Shown: positions 42,801-57,800 of the stretch, one piece after another
How positions within the stretch are numbered: the stretch's first letter is position 1
Layout of the letters: the number at the start of each line of letters is the position of its first letter
Assembly: GCF_009914755.1 (NCBI RefSeq)
Contig: NC_060931.1
Direction: 5' to 3' (one strand)
Source of the DNA: the human T2T-CHM13v2.0 reference genome, Homo sapiens
DNA length: 64,000 bases
The notes under the pieces: model-generated
Told to the model about the DNA's origin: nothing
Database searches by the model: none
Seen by the model: only the letters and a program-made list of their open reading frames with translations
Translations under genes and position numbers: made by a program

Positions 42801-45800
42801 CCTTTTCTACCGATAGCCTAAAAGAGCTCCAAATGTCCAACTGCAGATTTTTTAAAAAGAATGTTTCAAAACTGCACTATCAAAAGAAAGGTTCAGCTCT
42901 GTGAGTTGAATGCACACATCTCAAAGGAGTTTCTGAGAATGGTTCTGTCTAGTTTTTATGTGAAGGTATTCGCGATTCCAATGAAGTCTTCAAAGCGCTC
43001 CAAATATCTAAATGCGGATTCTACAAAAAGAGTGATTCAAAACTGGTCTAAGAAAAGGAAGGTTCAGCTCTGTGAGTTGAACGCACACATCACAAAAAGT
43101 TTCGGACAATGCTCCCATTTAGTTTTTAGGTGAAGATATTACCTTTTCAACCACAGCCTTCAAAACGCTCCAAATGTCCACTTGCAGATTCTACAAGAAG
43201 ATTGTTTCCAGGCAGCTCTATCAAAAGAAATGTTCAACTATGGGAGTAGAATACACACATCACAAAGTCGTTTCTGAGAATGCTTCTGTCTAGTTTTTAT
43301 GTGAAGATATTTCCTTTTCTACCAGAGGCCTGAAAGCGCTCCAAATATCCAATTGCAGATTCTACAAAAAGAGTGTTTCAAAACTTCTCTATCAAAAGTA
43401 AGGGTCTGCTTTGTGAGTTGAATGTACACATCAAAATGAAGTTTCTGATTATACTTCTGTCTACTTCTTATGTGAAGATATTTCCTTATCCGCAATGGTC
43501 CTCAAAGCCCTCGAAATGCCCACTTGAAGATTCTTCGGAAAGACTGTTTCAAAACTGCTCTATCAAAAGAAAGTTTCCACTTTGTGTGTAGAATGCACAC
43601 ATCACAAAGTCGTTTCTGAGAATGCTTCTGTCTAGTTTTTATAGGAAGATATTTCCTTTTCTACCATCAGCCTCAAAGCACTGCACATATGAACTGGCAG
43701 ATTCTTCAAAAAGAGTGTTTCAAAACTGCTCTATCAAAACTGTTCTATCAACTGTGTGAGTTGAGTGGACACATCACAAAGACGTTTCTGAGAATGCTTC
43801 TGTCTAGGTTTTAGGTGAAGATGTTCTCGTTTCCAAAGAATGCTTCAAATAGTACTTAAATATCCGCCTGCAGATTCTACAAAAGGAGTGTTTCAAAACT
43901 GCTCTAACAAAAGAAAGGTTCAACCTGGGAGTTGAATGCACACATCACAAAGAAGTTTCTGAGAGTGCTTCTGTCTAGTTTTAATGCGAAGATATTCCCT
44001 CCTCCACCATAACCTTCAAAGCGCTCCAAATGTCCATTTGCAGATATTACAAACAGAGTGTTTCCAGACTGCTCTACCAAAAGAAATTTTCAACTATGGG
44101 AGTAGAATGCACACATCAGAAATTCCTTTCTGAGAATGCTTCTGTCTAGTTTTTATGTGAAGATATTTCCTTTTCTACCATAGGCATAAACGTGCTCCAA
44201 ATATCCACTGGCAGATTCTAAAAAAAGAGTGTTTCAAAACTGCTCTATCAACAGGAAGGTTCAATTCTGTGAGTTGAATGCACACATCACAAAGTAGTTT
44301 CTGAGAATGCTTCTGCCTAATTTTTAATTTTAAGATATTCCCATTTCCAAAGAAGGCTTCAATTTGCTCCAAATATCCACTTGCAGATTGTACATGAAGA
44401 GGGTTTCAAAACTGCTCTATCAAAAGGAAGGTTCAACTCTGTGAGATGAATGCACACATCACAAAGTGGTTTCAGAGAATGCTTGTTTCCAGTTTTCAGG
44501 TGACGATATTCCCGTTTCCAATGTAGCACTCAAAGAGCTCCAAATATCCTCCTGCAGATTGTGCAAAAAGGGTGTTTCAAAACTGCTCTATCAAAAAGAA
44601 GCTTTAACTCTGTGAGTTGAATGCACAAATCACAAAGAAGTTTCTGGGAATACTTCTGTCTATTTTTATGTGACGATACTCCCGTTTCCAAAGAAGGCTT
44701 CAAAGCACTCCAAATATCCACCTGCAGATTATAAAGGAAGAGTTTTTCAAAACTGCTCAATCCAAAGGAAGGTTCAGCTCCGTGAGTTCAATGCCCACAT
44801 CACAAAGAAGTTTCTGAGAATGCTTCTGTCTAGTTTCAAGGGAAAGATATTCCCGTTTCCAACGAAGGCTTCAAAGCGCTCCAAATATCCACTTGCAGAG
44901 TCTACAAAAAGACTGTTTCAAAACTGCTCAATAAAAGTAAGGTTGTACCTTGTTAGTTGAATGCACCCATCAAAATGAAGTTTCTGAGAACACTTCTGTC
45001 TACTTTTCATGTGAAGATATTTCCTTATCCACAATAGTCCCCAAAGCCCTCAAAATGCCCACTGGAAGATTCCTCAAAAAGACGGTTTCAATACTGCAGT
45101 ATCAGAAGGAAATTTCAACTATGTGAGTAGAATGCACACATCACAAAGTAGTTTCTGAGAATGCTTCTGTCTAGTTTTTATATGAAGATATTTCCTTTTC
45201 TACCTTAAGCCTCAAAGTGCTGCATTTATGCACTTTCAGATTCTTCAAAAAGAGGGTTTCAAAACTGCTCTAGCAAAAGGAAGTTTCAACGCTGTGAGTT
45301 GAATGCACACATCACAAAGAAGTTTCTGAGAATGCTTCTGTGTAATTTTTATGTGAAGATAATCCTGTTTCCCAAGAAGGCTTCAAAGCACCCTAATATC
45401 CGCCTCCAGATTCTACAGAAAGAGTGTTTCAAAACTGCTCTATCAAAAGGAAGGTTCAACTCTGTGAGTTGAATGCAGACATCATAAAGGAGTTTCTGAG
45501 AATGCTTCTGTCTTGTTTTAATGTGAAGATACTTCCTTTTCAACCGATAGCCTAAAAGAGCTCCAAATGTCCAACTGCAGATTTTTTAAAAAGAATGTTT
45601 CAAAACTGCACTATCAAAAGAAAGGTTCAGCTCTGTGAGTTGAATGCACACATCTCAAAGGAGTTTCTGAGAATGGTTCTGTCTAGTTTTTATGTGAAGG
45701 TATTCGCGATTCCAATGAAGTCTTCAAAGCGCTCCAAATATCTAAATGCGGATTCTACAAAAAGAGTGATTCAAAACTGGTCTAAGGAAAGGAAGGTTCA

Positions 45801-48800
45801 GCTCTGTGAGTTGAACGCACACATCACAAAAAGTTTCGGACAATGCTCCCATTTAGTTTTTAGGTGAAGATATTACCTTTTCAACCACAGCCTTCAAAAC
45901 GCTCCAAATGTCCACTTGCAGATTCTACAAGAAGATTGTTTCCAGGCGGCTCTATCAAAAGAAATGTTCAACTATGGGAGTAGAATACACACATCACAAA
46001 GTCGTTTCTGAGAATGCTTCTGTCTAGTTCTTATGTGAAGATATTTCCTTTTCTACCAGAGGCCTGAAAGCGCTCCAAATATCCAATTGCAGATTCTACA
46101 AAAAGAGTGTTTCAAACCTTCTCTATCAAAAGTAAGGGTCTGCTTTGTGAGTTGAATGTACACATCAAAATGAAGTTTCTGATTATACTTCTGTCTACTT
46201 CTTATGTGAAGATATTTCCTTATCCGCAATGGTCCTCAAAGCCCTCGAAATGCCCACTTGAAGATTCTTCGGAAAGACTGTTTCAAAACTGCTCTATCAA
46301 AAGAAAGTTTCAACTTTGTGTGTAGAATGCACACATCACAAAGTCGTTTCTGAGAATGCTTCTGTCTAGTTTTTATAGAAAGATATTTCCTTTTCTACCA
46401 TCAGCCTCAAAGCACTGCACATATGAACTGGCAGATTCTTCAAAAAGAGTGTTTCAAAACTGCTCTATCAAAACTGTTCTATCAACTCTGTGAGTTGAGT
46501 GGACACATCACAAAGACGTTTCTGAGAATGCTTCTGTCTAGGTTTTAGGTGAAGATGTTCTCGTTTCCAAAGAATGCTTCAAATAGTACTTAAATATCCG
46601 CCTGCAGATTCTACAAAAGGAGTGTTTCAAAACTGCTCTAACAAAAGAAAGGTTCAACCTGGGAGTTGAATGCACACATCACAAAGAAGTTTCTGAGAGT
46701 GCTTCTGTCTAGTTTTAATGCGAAGATATTCCCTCCTCCACCATAACCTTCAAAGCGCTCCAAATGTCCATTTGCAGATTTTACAAACAGAGTGTTTCCA
46801 GACTGCTCTACCAAAAGAAATTTTCAACTATGGGAGTAGAATGCACACATCACAAATTCGTTTCTGAGAATGCTTCTGTCTAGTTTTTATGTGAAGATAT
46901 TTCCTTTTCTACCATAGGCATAAACGTGCTCCAAATATCCACTGGCAGATTCTAAAAAAAGAGTGTTTCAAAACTGCTCTATCAAAAGGAAGGTTCAATT
47001 CTGTGAGTTGAATGCACACATCACAAAGTAGTTTCTGAGAATGCTTCTGCCTAATTTTTAATTTTAAGATATTCCCATTTCCAAAGAAGGCTTCAATTTG
47101 CTCCAAATATCCACTTGCAGATTGTACATGAAGAGGGTTTCAAAACTGCTCTATCAAAAGGAAGGTTCAACTCTGTGAGATGAATGCACACATCACAAAG
47201 TGGTTTCAGAGAATGCTTGTTTCTAGTTTTCAGGTGATGATATTCCCGTTTCCAATGTAGCACTCAAAGAGCTCCAAATATCCTCCTGCAGATTGTGCAA
47301 AAAGGGTGTTTCAAAACTGCTCTATCAAAAAGAAGCTTCAACTCTGTGAGTTGAATGCACAAATCACAAAGAAGTTTCTGGGAATACTTCTGTCTATTTT
47401 TATGTGACGATACTCCCGTTTCCAAAGAAGGCTTCAAAGCACTCCAAATATCCACCTGCAGATTATAAAGGAAGAGTTTTTCAAAACTGCTCAATCCAAA
47501 GGAAGGTTCAGCTCCGTGAGTTCAATGCCCACATCACAAAGAAGTTTCTGAGAATGCTTCTGTCTAGTTTCAAGGGGAAGATATTCCCGTTTCCAACGAA
47601 GTCTTCAAAGCGCTCCAAATATCCACTTGCAGAGTCTACAAAAAGACTGTTTCAAAACTGCTCAATAAAAGTAAGGTTGTACCTTGTTAGTTGAATGCAC
47701 CCATCAAAATGAAGTTTCTGAGAACACTTCTGTCTACTTTTCATGTGAAGATATTTCCTTATCCACAATAGTCCCCAAAGCCCTCAAAATGCCCACTGGA
47801 AGATTCCTCAAAAAGACGGTTTCAATACTGCAGTATCAGAAGGAAATTTCAACTATGTGAGTAGAATGCACACATCACAAAGTAGTTTCTGAGAATGCTT
47901 CTGTCTAGTTTTTATATGAAGATATTTCCTTTTCTACCTTAAGCCTCAAAGTGCTGCAATTATGCACTTTCAGATTCTTCAAAAAGAGGGTTTCAAAACT
48001 GCTCTAGCAAAAGGAAGTTTCAACGCTGTGAGTTGAATGCACACATCACAAAGAAGTTTCTGAGAATGCTTCTGTCTAATTTTTATGTGAAGATAATCCT
48101 GTTTCCCAAGAAGGCTTCAAAGCACCCTAATATCCGCCTCCAGATTCTACAGAAAGAGTGTTTCAAAACTGCTCTATCAAAAGGAAGGTTCAACTCTGTG
48201 AGTTGAATGCAGACATCATAAAGGAGTTTCTGAGAATGCTTCTGTCTTGTTTTAATGTGAAGATACTTCCTTTTCTACCGATAGCCTAAAAGAGCTCCAA
48301 ATGTCCAACTGCAGATTTTTTAAAAAGAATGTTTCAAAACTGCACTATCAAAAGAAAGGTTCAGCTCTGTGAGTTGAATGCACACATCTCAAAGGAGTTT
48401 CTGAGAATGGTTCTGTCTAGTTTTTATGTGAAGGTATTCGCGATTCCAATGAAGTCTTCAAAGCGCTCCAAATATCTAAATGCGATTCTACAAAAAGAGT
48501 GATTCAAAACTGGTCTAAGAAAAGGAAGGTTCAGCTCTGTGAGTTGAACGCACACATCACAAAAAGTTTCGGACAATGCTCCCATTTAGTTTTTAGGTGA
48601 AGATATTACCTTTTCAACCACAGCCTTCAAAACGCTCCAAATGTCCACTTGCAGATTCTACAAGAAGATTGTTTCCAGGCGGCTCTATCAAAAGAAATGT
48701 TCAACTATGGGAGTAGAATACACACATCACAAAGTCGTTTCTGAGAATGCTTCTGTCTAGTTTTTATGTGAAGATATTTCCTTTTCTACCAGAGGCCTGA

Positions 48801-51800
48801 AAGCGCTCCAAATATCCAATTGCAGATTCTACAAAAAGAGTGTTTCAAAACTTCTCTATCAAAAGTAAGGGTCTGCTTTGTGAGTTGAATGTACACATCA
48901 AAATGAAGTTTCTGATTATACTTCTGTCTACTTCTTATGTGAAGATATTTCCTTATCCGCAATGGTCCTCAAAGCCCTCGAAATGCCCACTTGAAGATTC
49001 TTCGGAAAGACTGTTTCAAAACTGCTCTATCAAAAGAAAGTTTCCACTTTGTGTGTAGAATGCACACATCACAAAGTCGTTTCTGAGAATGCTTCTGTCT
49101 AGTTTTTATAGGAAGATATTTCCTTTTCTACCATCAGCCTCAAAGCACTGCACATATGAACTGGCAGATTCTTCAAAAAGAGTGTTTCAAAACTGCTCTA
49201 TCAAAACTGTTCTATCAACTGTGTGAGTTGAGTGGACACATCACAAAGACGTTTCTGAGAATGCTTCTGTCTAGGTTTTAGGTGAAGATGTTCTCGTTTC
49301 CAAAGAATGCTTCAAATAGTACTTAAATATCCGCCTGCAGATTCTACAAAAGGAGTGTTTCAAAACTGCTCTAACAAAAGAAAGGTTCAACCTGGGAGTT
49401 GAATGCACACATCACAAAGAAGTTTCTGAGAGTGCTTCTGTCTAGTTTTAATGCGAAGATATTCCCTCCTCCACCATAACCTTCAAAGCGCTCCAAATGT
49501 CCATTTGCAGATATTACAAACAGAGTGTTTCCAGACTGCTCTACCAAAAGAAATTTTCAACTATGGGAGTAGAATGCACACATCAGAAATTCGTTTCTGA
49601 GAATGCTTCTGTCTAGTTTTTATGTGAAGATATTTCCTTTTCTACCATAGGCATAAACGTGCTCCAAATATCCACTGGCAGATTCTAAAAAAAGAGTGTT
49701 TCAAAACTGCTCTATCAACAGGAAGGTTCAATTCTGTGAGTTGAATGCACACATCAGAAAGTAGTTTCTGAGAATGCTTCTGCCTAATTTTTAATTTTAA
49801 GATATTCCCATTTCCAAAGAAGGCTTCAATTTGCTCCAAATATCCACTTGCAGATTGTACATGAAGAGGGTTTCAAAACTGCTCTATCAAAAGGAAGGTT
49901 CAACTCTGTGAGATGAATGCACACATCACAAAGTGGTTTCAGAGAATGCTTGTTTTTAGTTTTCAGGTGACGATATTCCCGTTTCCAATGTAGCACTCAA
50001 AGAGCTCCAAATATCCTCCTGCAGATTGTGCAAAAAGGGTGTTTCAAAACTGCTCTATCAAAAAGAAGCTTCAACTCTGTGAGTTGAATGCACAAATCAC
50101 AAAGAAGTTTCTGGGAATACTTCTGTCTATTTTTATGTGACGATACTCCCGTTTCCAAAGAAGGCTTCAAAGCACTCCAAATATCCACCTGCAGATTATA
50201 AAGGAAGAGTTTTTCAAAACTGCTCAATCCAAAGGAAGGTTCAGCTCCGTGAGTTCAATGCCCACATCACAAAGAAGTTTCTGAGAATGCTTCTGTCTAG
50301 TTTCAAGGGGAAGATATTCCCGTTTCCAACGAAGGCTTCAAAGCGCTCCAAATATCCACTTGCAGAGTCTACAAAAAGACTGTTTCAAAACTGCTCTATA
50401 AAAGTAAGGTTGTACCTTGTTAGTTGAATGCACCCATCAAAATGAAGTTTCTGAGAACACTTCTGTCTACTTTTCATGTGAAGATATTTCCTTATCCACA
50501 ATAGTCCCCAAAGCCCTCAAAATGCCCACTGGAAGATTCCTCAAAAAGACGGTTTCAAAACTGCAGTATCAGAAGGAAATTTCAACTATGTGAGTAGAAT
50601 GCACACATCACAAAGTAGTTTCTGAGAATGCTTCTGTCTAGTTTTTATATGAAGATATTTCCTTTTCTACCTTAAGCCTCAAAGTGCTGCAATTATGCAC
50701 TTTCAGATTCTTCAAAAAGAGGGTTTCAAAACTGCTCTAGCAAAAGGAAGTTTCAACGCTGTGAGTTGAATGCACACATCACAAAGAAGTTTCTGAGAAT
50801 GCTTCTGTCTAATTTTTATGTGAAGATAATCCTGTTTCCCAAGAAGGCTTCAAAGCACCCTAATATCCGCCTCCAGATTCTACAGAAAGAGTGTTTCAAA
50901 ACTGCTCTATCAAAAGGAAGGTTCAACTCTGTGAGTTGAATGCAGACATCATAAAGGAGTTTCTGAGAATGCTTCTGTCTTGTTTTAATGTGAAGATACT
51001 TCCTTTTCAACCGATAGCCTAAAAGAGCTCCAAATGTCCAACTGCAGATTTTTTAAAAAGAATGTTTCAAAACTGCACTATCAAAAGAAAGGTTCAGCTC
51101 TGTGAGTTGAATGCACACATCTCAAAGGAGTTTCTGAGAATGGTTCTGTCTAGTTTTTATGTGAAGGTATTCGCGATTCCAATGAAGTCTTCAAAGCGCT
51201 CCAAATATCTAAATGCGGATTCTACAAAAAGAGTGATTCAAAACTGGTCTAAGAAAAGGAAGGTTCAGCTCTGTGAGTTGAACGCACACATCACAAAAAG
51301 TTTCGGACAATGCTCCCATTTAGTTTTTAGGTGAAGATATTACCTTTTCAACCACAGCCTTCAAAACGCTCCAAATGTCCACTTGCAGATTCTACAAGAA
51401 GATTGTTTCCAGGCGGCTCTATCAAAAGAAATGTTCAACTATGGGAGTAGAATACACACATCACAAAGTCGTTTCTGAGAATGCTTCTGTCTAGTTCTTA
51501 TGTGAAGATATTTCCTTTTCTACCAGAGGCCTGAAAGCGCTCCAAATATCCAATTGCAGATTCTACAAAAAGAGTGTTTCAAACCTTCTCTATCAAAAGT
51601 AAGGGTCTGCTTTGTGAGTTGAATGTACACATCAAAATGAAGTTTCTGATTATACTTCTGTCTACTTCTTATGTGAAGATATTTCCTTATCCGCAATGGT
51701 CCTCAAAGCCCTCGAAATGCCCACTTGAAGATTCTTCGGAAAGACTGTTTCAAAACTGCTCTATCAAAAGAAAGTTTCAACTTTGTGTGTAGAATGCACA

Positions 51801-54800
51801 CATCACAAAGTCGTTTCTGAGAATGCTTCTGTCTAGTTTTTATAGAAAGATATTTCCTTTTCTACCATCAGCCTCAAAGCACTGCACATATGAACTGGCA
51901 GATTCTTCAAAAAGAGTGTTTCAAAACTGCTCTATCAAAACTGTTCTATCAACTCTGTGAGTTGAGTGGACACATCACAAAGACGTTTCTGAGAATGCTT
52001 CTGTCTAGGTTTTAGGTGAAGATGTTCTCGTTTCCAAAGAATGCTTCAAATAGTACTTAAATATCCGCCTGCAGATTCTACAAAAGGAGTGTTTCAAAAC
52101 TGCTCTAACAAAAGAAAGGTTCAACCTGGGAGTTGAATGCACACATCACAAAGAAGTTTCTGAGAGTGCTTCTGTCTAGTTTTAATGCGAAGATATTCCC
52201 TCCTCCACCATAACCTTCAAAGCGCTCCAAATGTCCATTTGCAGATTTTACAAACAGAGTGTTTCCAGACTGCTCTACCAAAAGAAATTTTCAACTATGG
52301 GAGTAGAATGCACACATCACAAATTCGTTTCTGAGAATGCTTCTGTCTAGTTTTTATGTGAAGATATTTCCTTTTCTACCATAGGCATAAACGTGCTCCA
52401 AATATCCACTGGCAGATTCTAAAAAAAGAGTGTTTCAAAACTGCTCTATCAAAAGGAAGGTTCAATTCTGTGAGTTGAATGCACACATCACAAAGTAGTT
52501 TCTGAGAATGCTTCTGCCTAATTTTTAATTTTAAGATATTCCCATTTCCAAAGAAGGCTTCAATTTGCTCCAAATATCCACTTGCAGATTGTACATGAAG
52601 AGGGTTTCAAAACTGCTCTATCAAAAGGAAGGTTCAACTCTGTGAGATGAATGCACACATCACAAAGTGGTTTCAGAGAATGCTTGTTTCTAGTTTTCAG
52701 GTGATGATATTCCCGTTTCCAATGTAGCACTCAAAGAGCTCCAAATATCCTCCTGCAGATTGTGCAAAAAGGGTGTTTCAAAACTGCTCTATCAAAAAGA
52801 AGCTTCAACTCTGTGAGTTGAATGCACAAATCACAAAGAAGTTTCTGGGAATACTTCTGTCTATTTTTATGTGACGATACTCCCGTTTCCAAAGAAGGCT
52901 TCAAAGCACTCCAAATATCCACCTGCAGATTATAAAGGAAGAGTTTTTCAAAACTGCTCAATCCAAAGGAAGGTTCAGCTCCGTGAGTTCAATGCCCACA
53001 TCACAAAGAAGTTTCTGAGAATGCTTCTGTCTAGTTTCAAGGGGAAGATATTCCCGTTTCCAACGAAGTCTTCAAAGCGCTCCAAATATCCACTTGCAGA
53101 GTCTACAAAAAGACTGTTTCAAAACTGCTCAATAAAAGTAAGGTTGTACCTTGTTAGTTGAATGCACCCATCAAAATGAAGTTTCTGAGAACACTTCTGT
53201 CTACTTTTCATGTGAAGATATTTCCTTATCCACAATAGTCCCCAAAGCCCTCAAAATGCCCACTGGAAGATTCCTCAAAAAGACGGTTTCAATACTGCAG
53301 TATCAGAAGGAAATTTCAACTATGTGAGTAGAATGCACACATCACAAAGTAGTTTCTGAGAATGCTTCTGTCTAGTTTTTATATGAAGATATTTCCTTTT
53401 CTACCTTAAGCCTCAAAGTGCTGCAATTATGCACTTTCAGATTCTTCAAAAAGAGGGTTTCAAAACTGCTCTAGCAAAAGGAAGTTTCAACGCTGTGAGT
53501 TGAATGCACACATCACAAAGAAGTTTCTGAGAATGCTTCTGTCTAATTTTTATGTGAAGATAATCCTGTTTCCCAAGAAGGCTTCAAAGCACCCTAATAT
53601 CCGCCTCCAGATTCTACAGAAAGAGTGTTTCAAAACTGCTCTATCAAAAGGAAGGTTCAACTCTGTGAGTTGAATGCAGACATCATAAAGGAGTTTCTGA
53701 GAATGCTTCTGTCTTGTTTTAATGTGAAGATACTTCCTTTTCTACCGATAGCCTAAAAGAGCTCCAAATGTCCAACTGCAGATTTTTTAAAAAGAATGTT
53801 TCAAAACTGCACTATCAAAAGAAAGGTTCAGCTCTGTGAGTTGAATGCACACATCTCAAAGGAGTTTCTGAGAATGGTTCTGTCTAGTTTTTATGTGAAG
53901 GTATTCGCGATTCCAATGAAGTCTTCAAAGCGCTCCAAATATCTAAATGCGATTCTACAAAAAGAGTGATTCAAAACTGGTCTAAGAAAAGGAAGGTTCA
54001 GCTCTGTGAGTTGAACGCACACATCACAAAAAGTTTCGGACAATGCTCCCATTTAGTTTTTAGGTGAAGATATTACCTTTTCAACCACAGCCTTCAAAAC
54101 GCTCCAAATGTCCACTTGCAGATTCTACAAGAAGATTGTTTCCAGGCGGCTCTATCAAAAGAAATGTTCAACTATGGGAGTAGAATACACACATCACAAA
54201 GTCGTTTCTGAGAATGCTTCTGTCTAGTTTTTATGTGAAGATATTTCCTTTTCTACCAGAGGCCTGAAAGCGCTCCAAATATCCAATTGCAGATTCTACA
54301 AAAAGAGTGTTTCAAAACTTCTCTATCAAAAGTAAGGGTCTGCTTTGTGAGTTGAATGTACACATCAAAATGAAGTTTCTGATTATACTTCTGTCTACTT
54401 CTTATGTGAAGATATTTCCTTATCCGCAATGGTCCTCAAAGCCCTCGAAATGCCCACTTGAAGATTCTTCGGAAAGACTGTTTCAAAACTGCTCTATCAA
54501 AAGAAAGTTTCCACTTTGTGTGTAGAATGCACACATCACAAAGTCGTTTCTGAGAATGCTTCTGTCTAGTTTTTATAGGAAGATATTTCCTTTTCTACCA
54601 TCAGCCTCAAAGCACTGCACATATGAACTGGCAGATTCTTCAAAAAGAGTGTTTCAAAACTGCTCTATCAAAACTGTTCTATCAACTGTGTGAGTTGAGT
54701 GGACACATCACAAAGACGTTTCTGAGAATGCTTCTGTCTAGGTTTTAGGTGAAGATGTTCTCGTTTCCAAAGAATGCTTCAAATAGTACTTAAATATCCG

Positions 54801-57800
54801 CCTGCAGATTCTACAAAAGGAGTGTTTCAAAACTGCTCTAACAAAAGAAAGGTTCAACCTGGGAGTTGAATGCACACATCACAAAGAAGTTTCTGAGAGT
54901 GCTTCTGTCTAGTTTTAATGCGAAGATATTCCCTCCTCCACCATAACCTTCAAAGCGCTCCAAATGTCCATTTGCAGATATTACAAACAGAGTGTTTCCA
55001 GACTGCTCTACCAAAAGAAATTTTCAACTATGGGAGTAGAATGCACACATCAGAAATTCGTTTCTGAGAATGCTTCTGTCTAGTTTTTATGTGAAGATAT
55101 TTCCTTTTCTACCATAGGCATAAACGTGCTCCAAATATCCACTGGCAGATTCTAAAAAAAGAGTGTTTCAAAACTGCTCTATCAACAGGAAGGTTCAATT
55201 CTGTGAGTTGAATGCACACATCAGAAAGTAGTTTCTGAGAATGCTTCTGCCTAATTTTTAATTTTAAGATATTCCCATTTCCAAAGAAGGCTTCAATTTG
55301 CTCCAAATATCCACTTGCAGATTGTACATGAAGAGGGTTTCAAAACTGCTCTATCAAAAGGAAGGTTCAACTCTGTGAGATGAATGCACACATCACAAAG
55401 TGGTTTCAGAGAATGCTTGTTTTTAGTTTTCAGGTGACGATATTCCCGTTTCCAATGTAGCACTCAAAGAGCTCCAAATATCCTCCTGCAGATTGTGCAA
55501 AAAGGGTGTTTCAAAACTGCTCTATCAAAAAGAAGCTTCAACTCTGTGAGTTGAATGCACAAATCACAAAGAAGTTTCTGGGAATACTTCTGTCTATTTT
55601 TATGTGACGATACTCCCGTTTCCAAAGAAGGCTTCAAAGCACTCCAAATATCCACCTGCAGATTATAAAGGAAGAGTTTTTCAAAACTGCTCAATCCAAA
55701 GGAAGGTTCAGCTCCGTGAGTTCAATGCCCACATCACAAAGAAGTTTCTGAGAATGCTTCTGTCTAGTTTCAAGGGGAAGATATTCCCGTTTCCAACGAA
55801 GGCTTCAAAGCGCTCCAAATATCCACTTGCAGAGTCTACAAAAAGACTGTTTCAAAACTGCTCTATAAAAGTAAGGTTGTACCTTGTTAGTTGAATGCAC
55901 CCATCAAAATGAAGTTTCTGAGAACACTTCTGTCTACTTTTCATGTGAAGATATTTCCTTATCCACAATAGTCCCCAAAGCCCTCAAAATGCCCACTGGA
56001 AGATTCCTCAAAAAGACGGTTTCAAAACTGCAGTATCAGAAGGAAATTTCAACTATGTGAGTAGAATGCACACATCACAAAGTAGTTTCTGAGAATGCTT
56101 CTGTCTAGTTTTTATATGAAGATATTTCCTTTTCTACCTTAAGCCTCAAAGTGCTGCAATTATGCACTTTCAGATTCTTCAAAAAGAGGGTTTCAAAACT
56201 GCTCTAGCAAAAGGAAGTTTCAACGCTGTGAGTTGAATGCACACATCACAAAGAAGTTTCTGAGAATGCTTCTGTCTAATTTTTATGTGAAGATAATCCT
56301 GTTTCCCAAGAAGGCTTCAAAGCACCCTAATATCCGCCTCCAGATTCTACAGAAAGAGTGTTTCAAAACTGCTCTATCAAAAGGAAGGTTCAACTCTGTG
56401 AGTTGAATGCAGACATCATAAAGGAGTTTCTGAGAATGCTTCTGTCTTGTTTTAATGTGAAGATACTTCCTTTTCAACCGATAGCCTAAAAGAGCTCCAA
56501 ATGTCCAACTGCAGATTTTTTAAAAAGAATGTTTCAAAACTGCACTATCAAAAGAAAGGTTCAGCTCTGTGAGTTGAATGCACACATCTCAAAGGAGTTT
56601 CTGAGAATGGTTCTGTCTAGTTTTTATGTGAAGGTATTCGCGATTCCAATGAAGTCTTCAAAGCGCTCCAAATATCTAAATGCGGATTCTACAAAAAGAG
56701 TGATTCAAAACTGGTCTAAGAAAAGGAAGGTTCAGCTCTGTGAGTTGAACGCACACATCACAAAAAGTTTCGGACAATGCTCCCATTTAGTTTTTAGGTG
56801 AAGATATTACCTTTTCAACCACAGCCTTCAAAACGCTCCAAATGTCCACTTGCAGATTCTACAAGAAGATTGTTTCCAGGCGGCTCTATCAAAAGAAATG
56901 TTCAACTATGGGAGTAGAATACACACATCACAAAGTCGTTTCTGAGAATGCTTCTGTCTAGTTCTTATGTGAAGATATTTCCTTTTCTACCAGAGGCCTG
57001 AAAGCGCTCCAAATATCCAATTGCAGATTCTACAAAAAGAGTGTTTCAAAACTTCTCTATCAAAAGTAAGGGTCTGCTTTGTGAGTTGAATGTACACATC
57101 AAAATGAAGTTTCTGATTATACTTCTGTCTACTTCTTATGTGAAGATATTTCCTTATCCGCAATGGTCCTCAAAGCCCTCGAAATGCCCACTTGAAGATT
57201 CTTCGGAAAGACTGTTTCAAAACTGCTCTATCAAAAGAAAGTTTCAACTTTGTGTGTAGAATGCACACATCACAAAGTCGTTTCTGAGAATGCTTCTGTC
57301 TAGTTTTTATAGGAAGATATTTCCTTTTCTACCATCAGCCTCAAAGCACTGCACATATGAACTGGCAGATTCTTCAAAAAGAGTGTTTCAAAACTGCTCT
57401 ATCAAAACTGTTCTATCAACTGTGTGAGTTGAGTGGACACATCACAAAGACGTTTCTGAGAATGCTTCTGTCTAGGTTTTAGGTGAAGATGTTCTCGTTT
57501 CCAAAGAATGCTTCAAACAGTACTTAAATATCCGCCTGCAGATTCTACAAAAGGAGTGTTTCAAAACTGCTCTAACAAAAGAAAGGTTCAACCTGGGAGT
57601 TGAATGCACACATCACAAAGAAGTTTCTGAGAGTGCTTCTGTCTAGTTTTAATGCGAAGATATTCCCTCCTCCACCATAACCTTCAAAGCGCTCCAAATG
57701 TCCATTTGCAGATATTACAAACAGAGTGTTTCCAGACTGCTCTACCAAAAGAAATTTTCAACTATGGGAGTAGAATGCACACATCAGAAATTCGTTTCTG

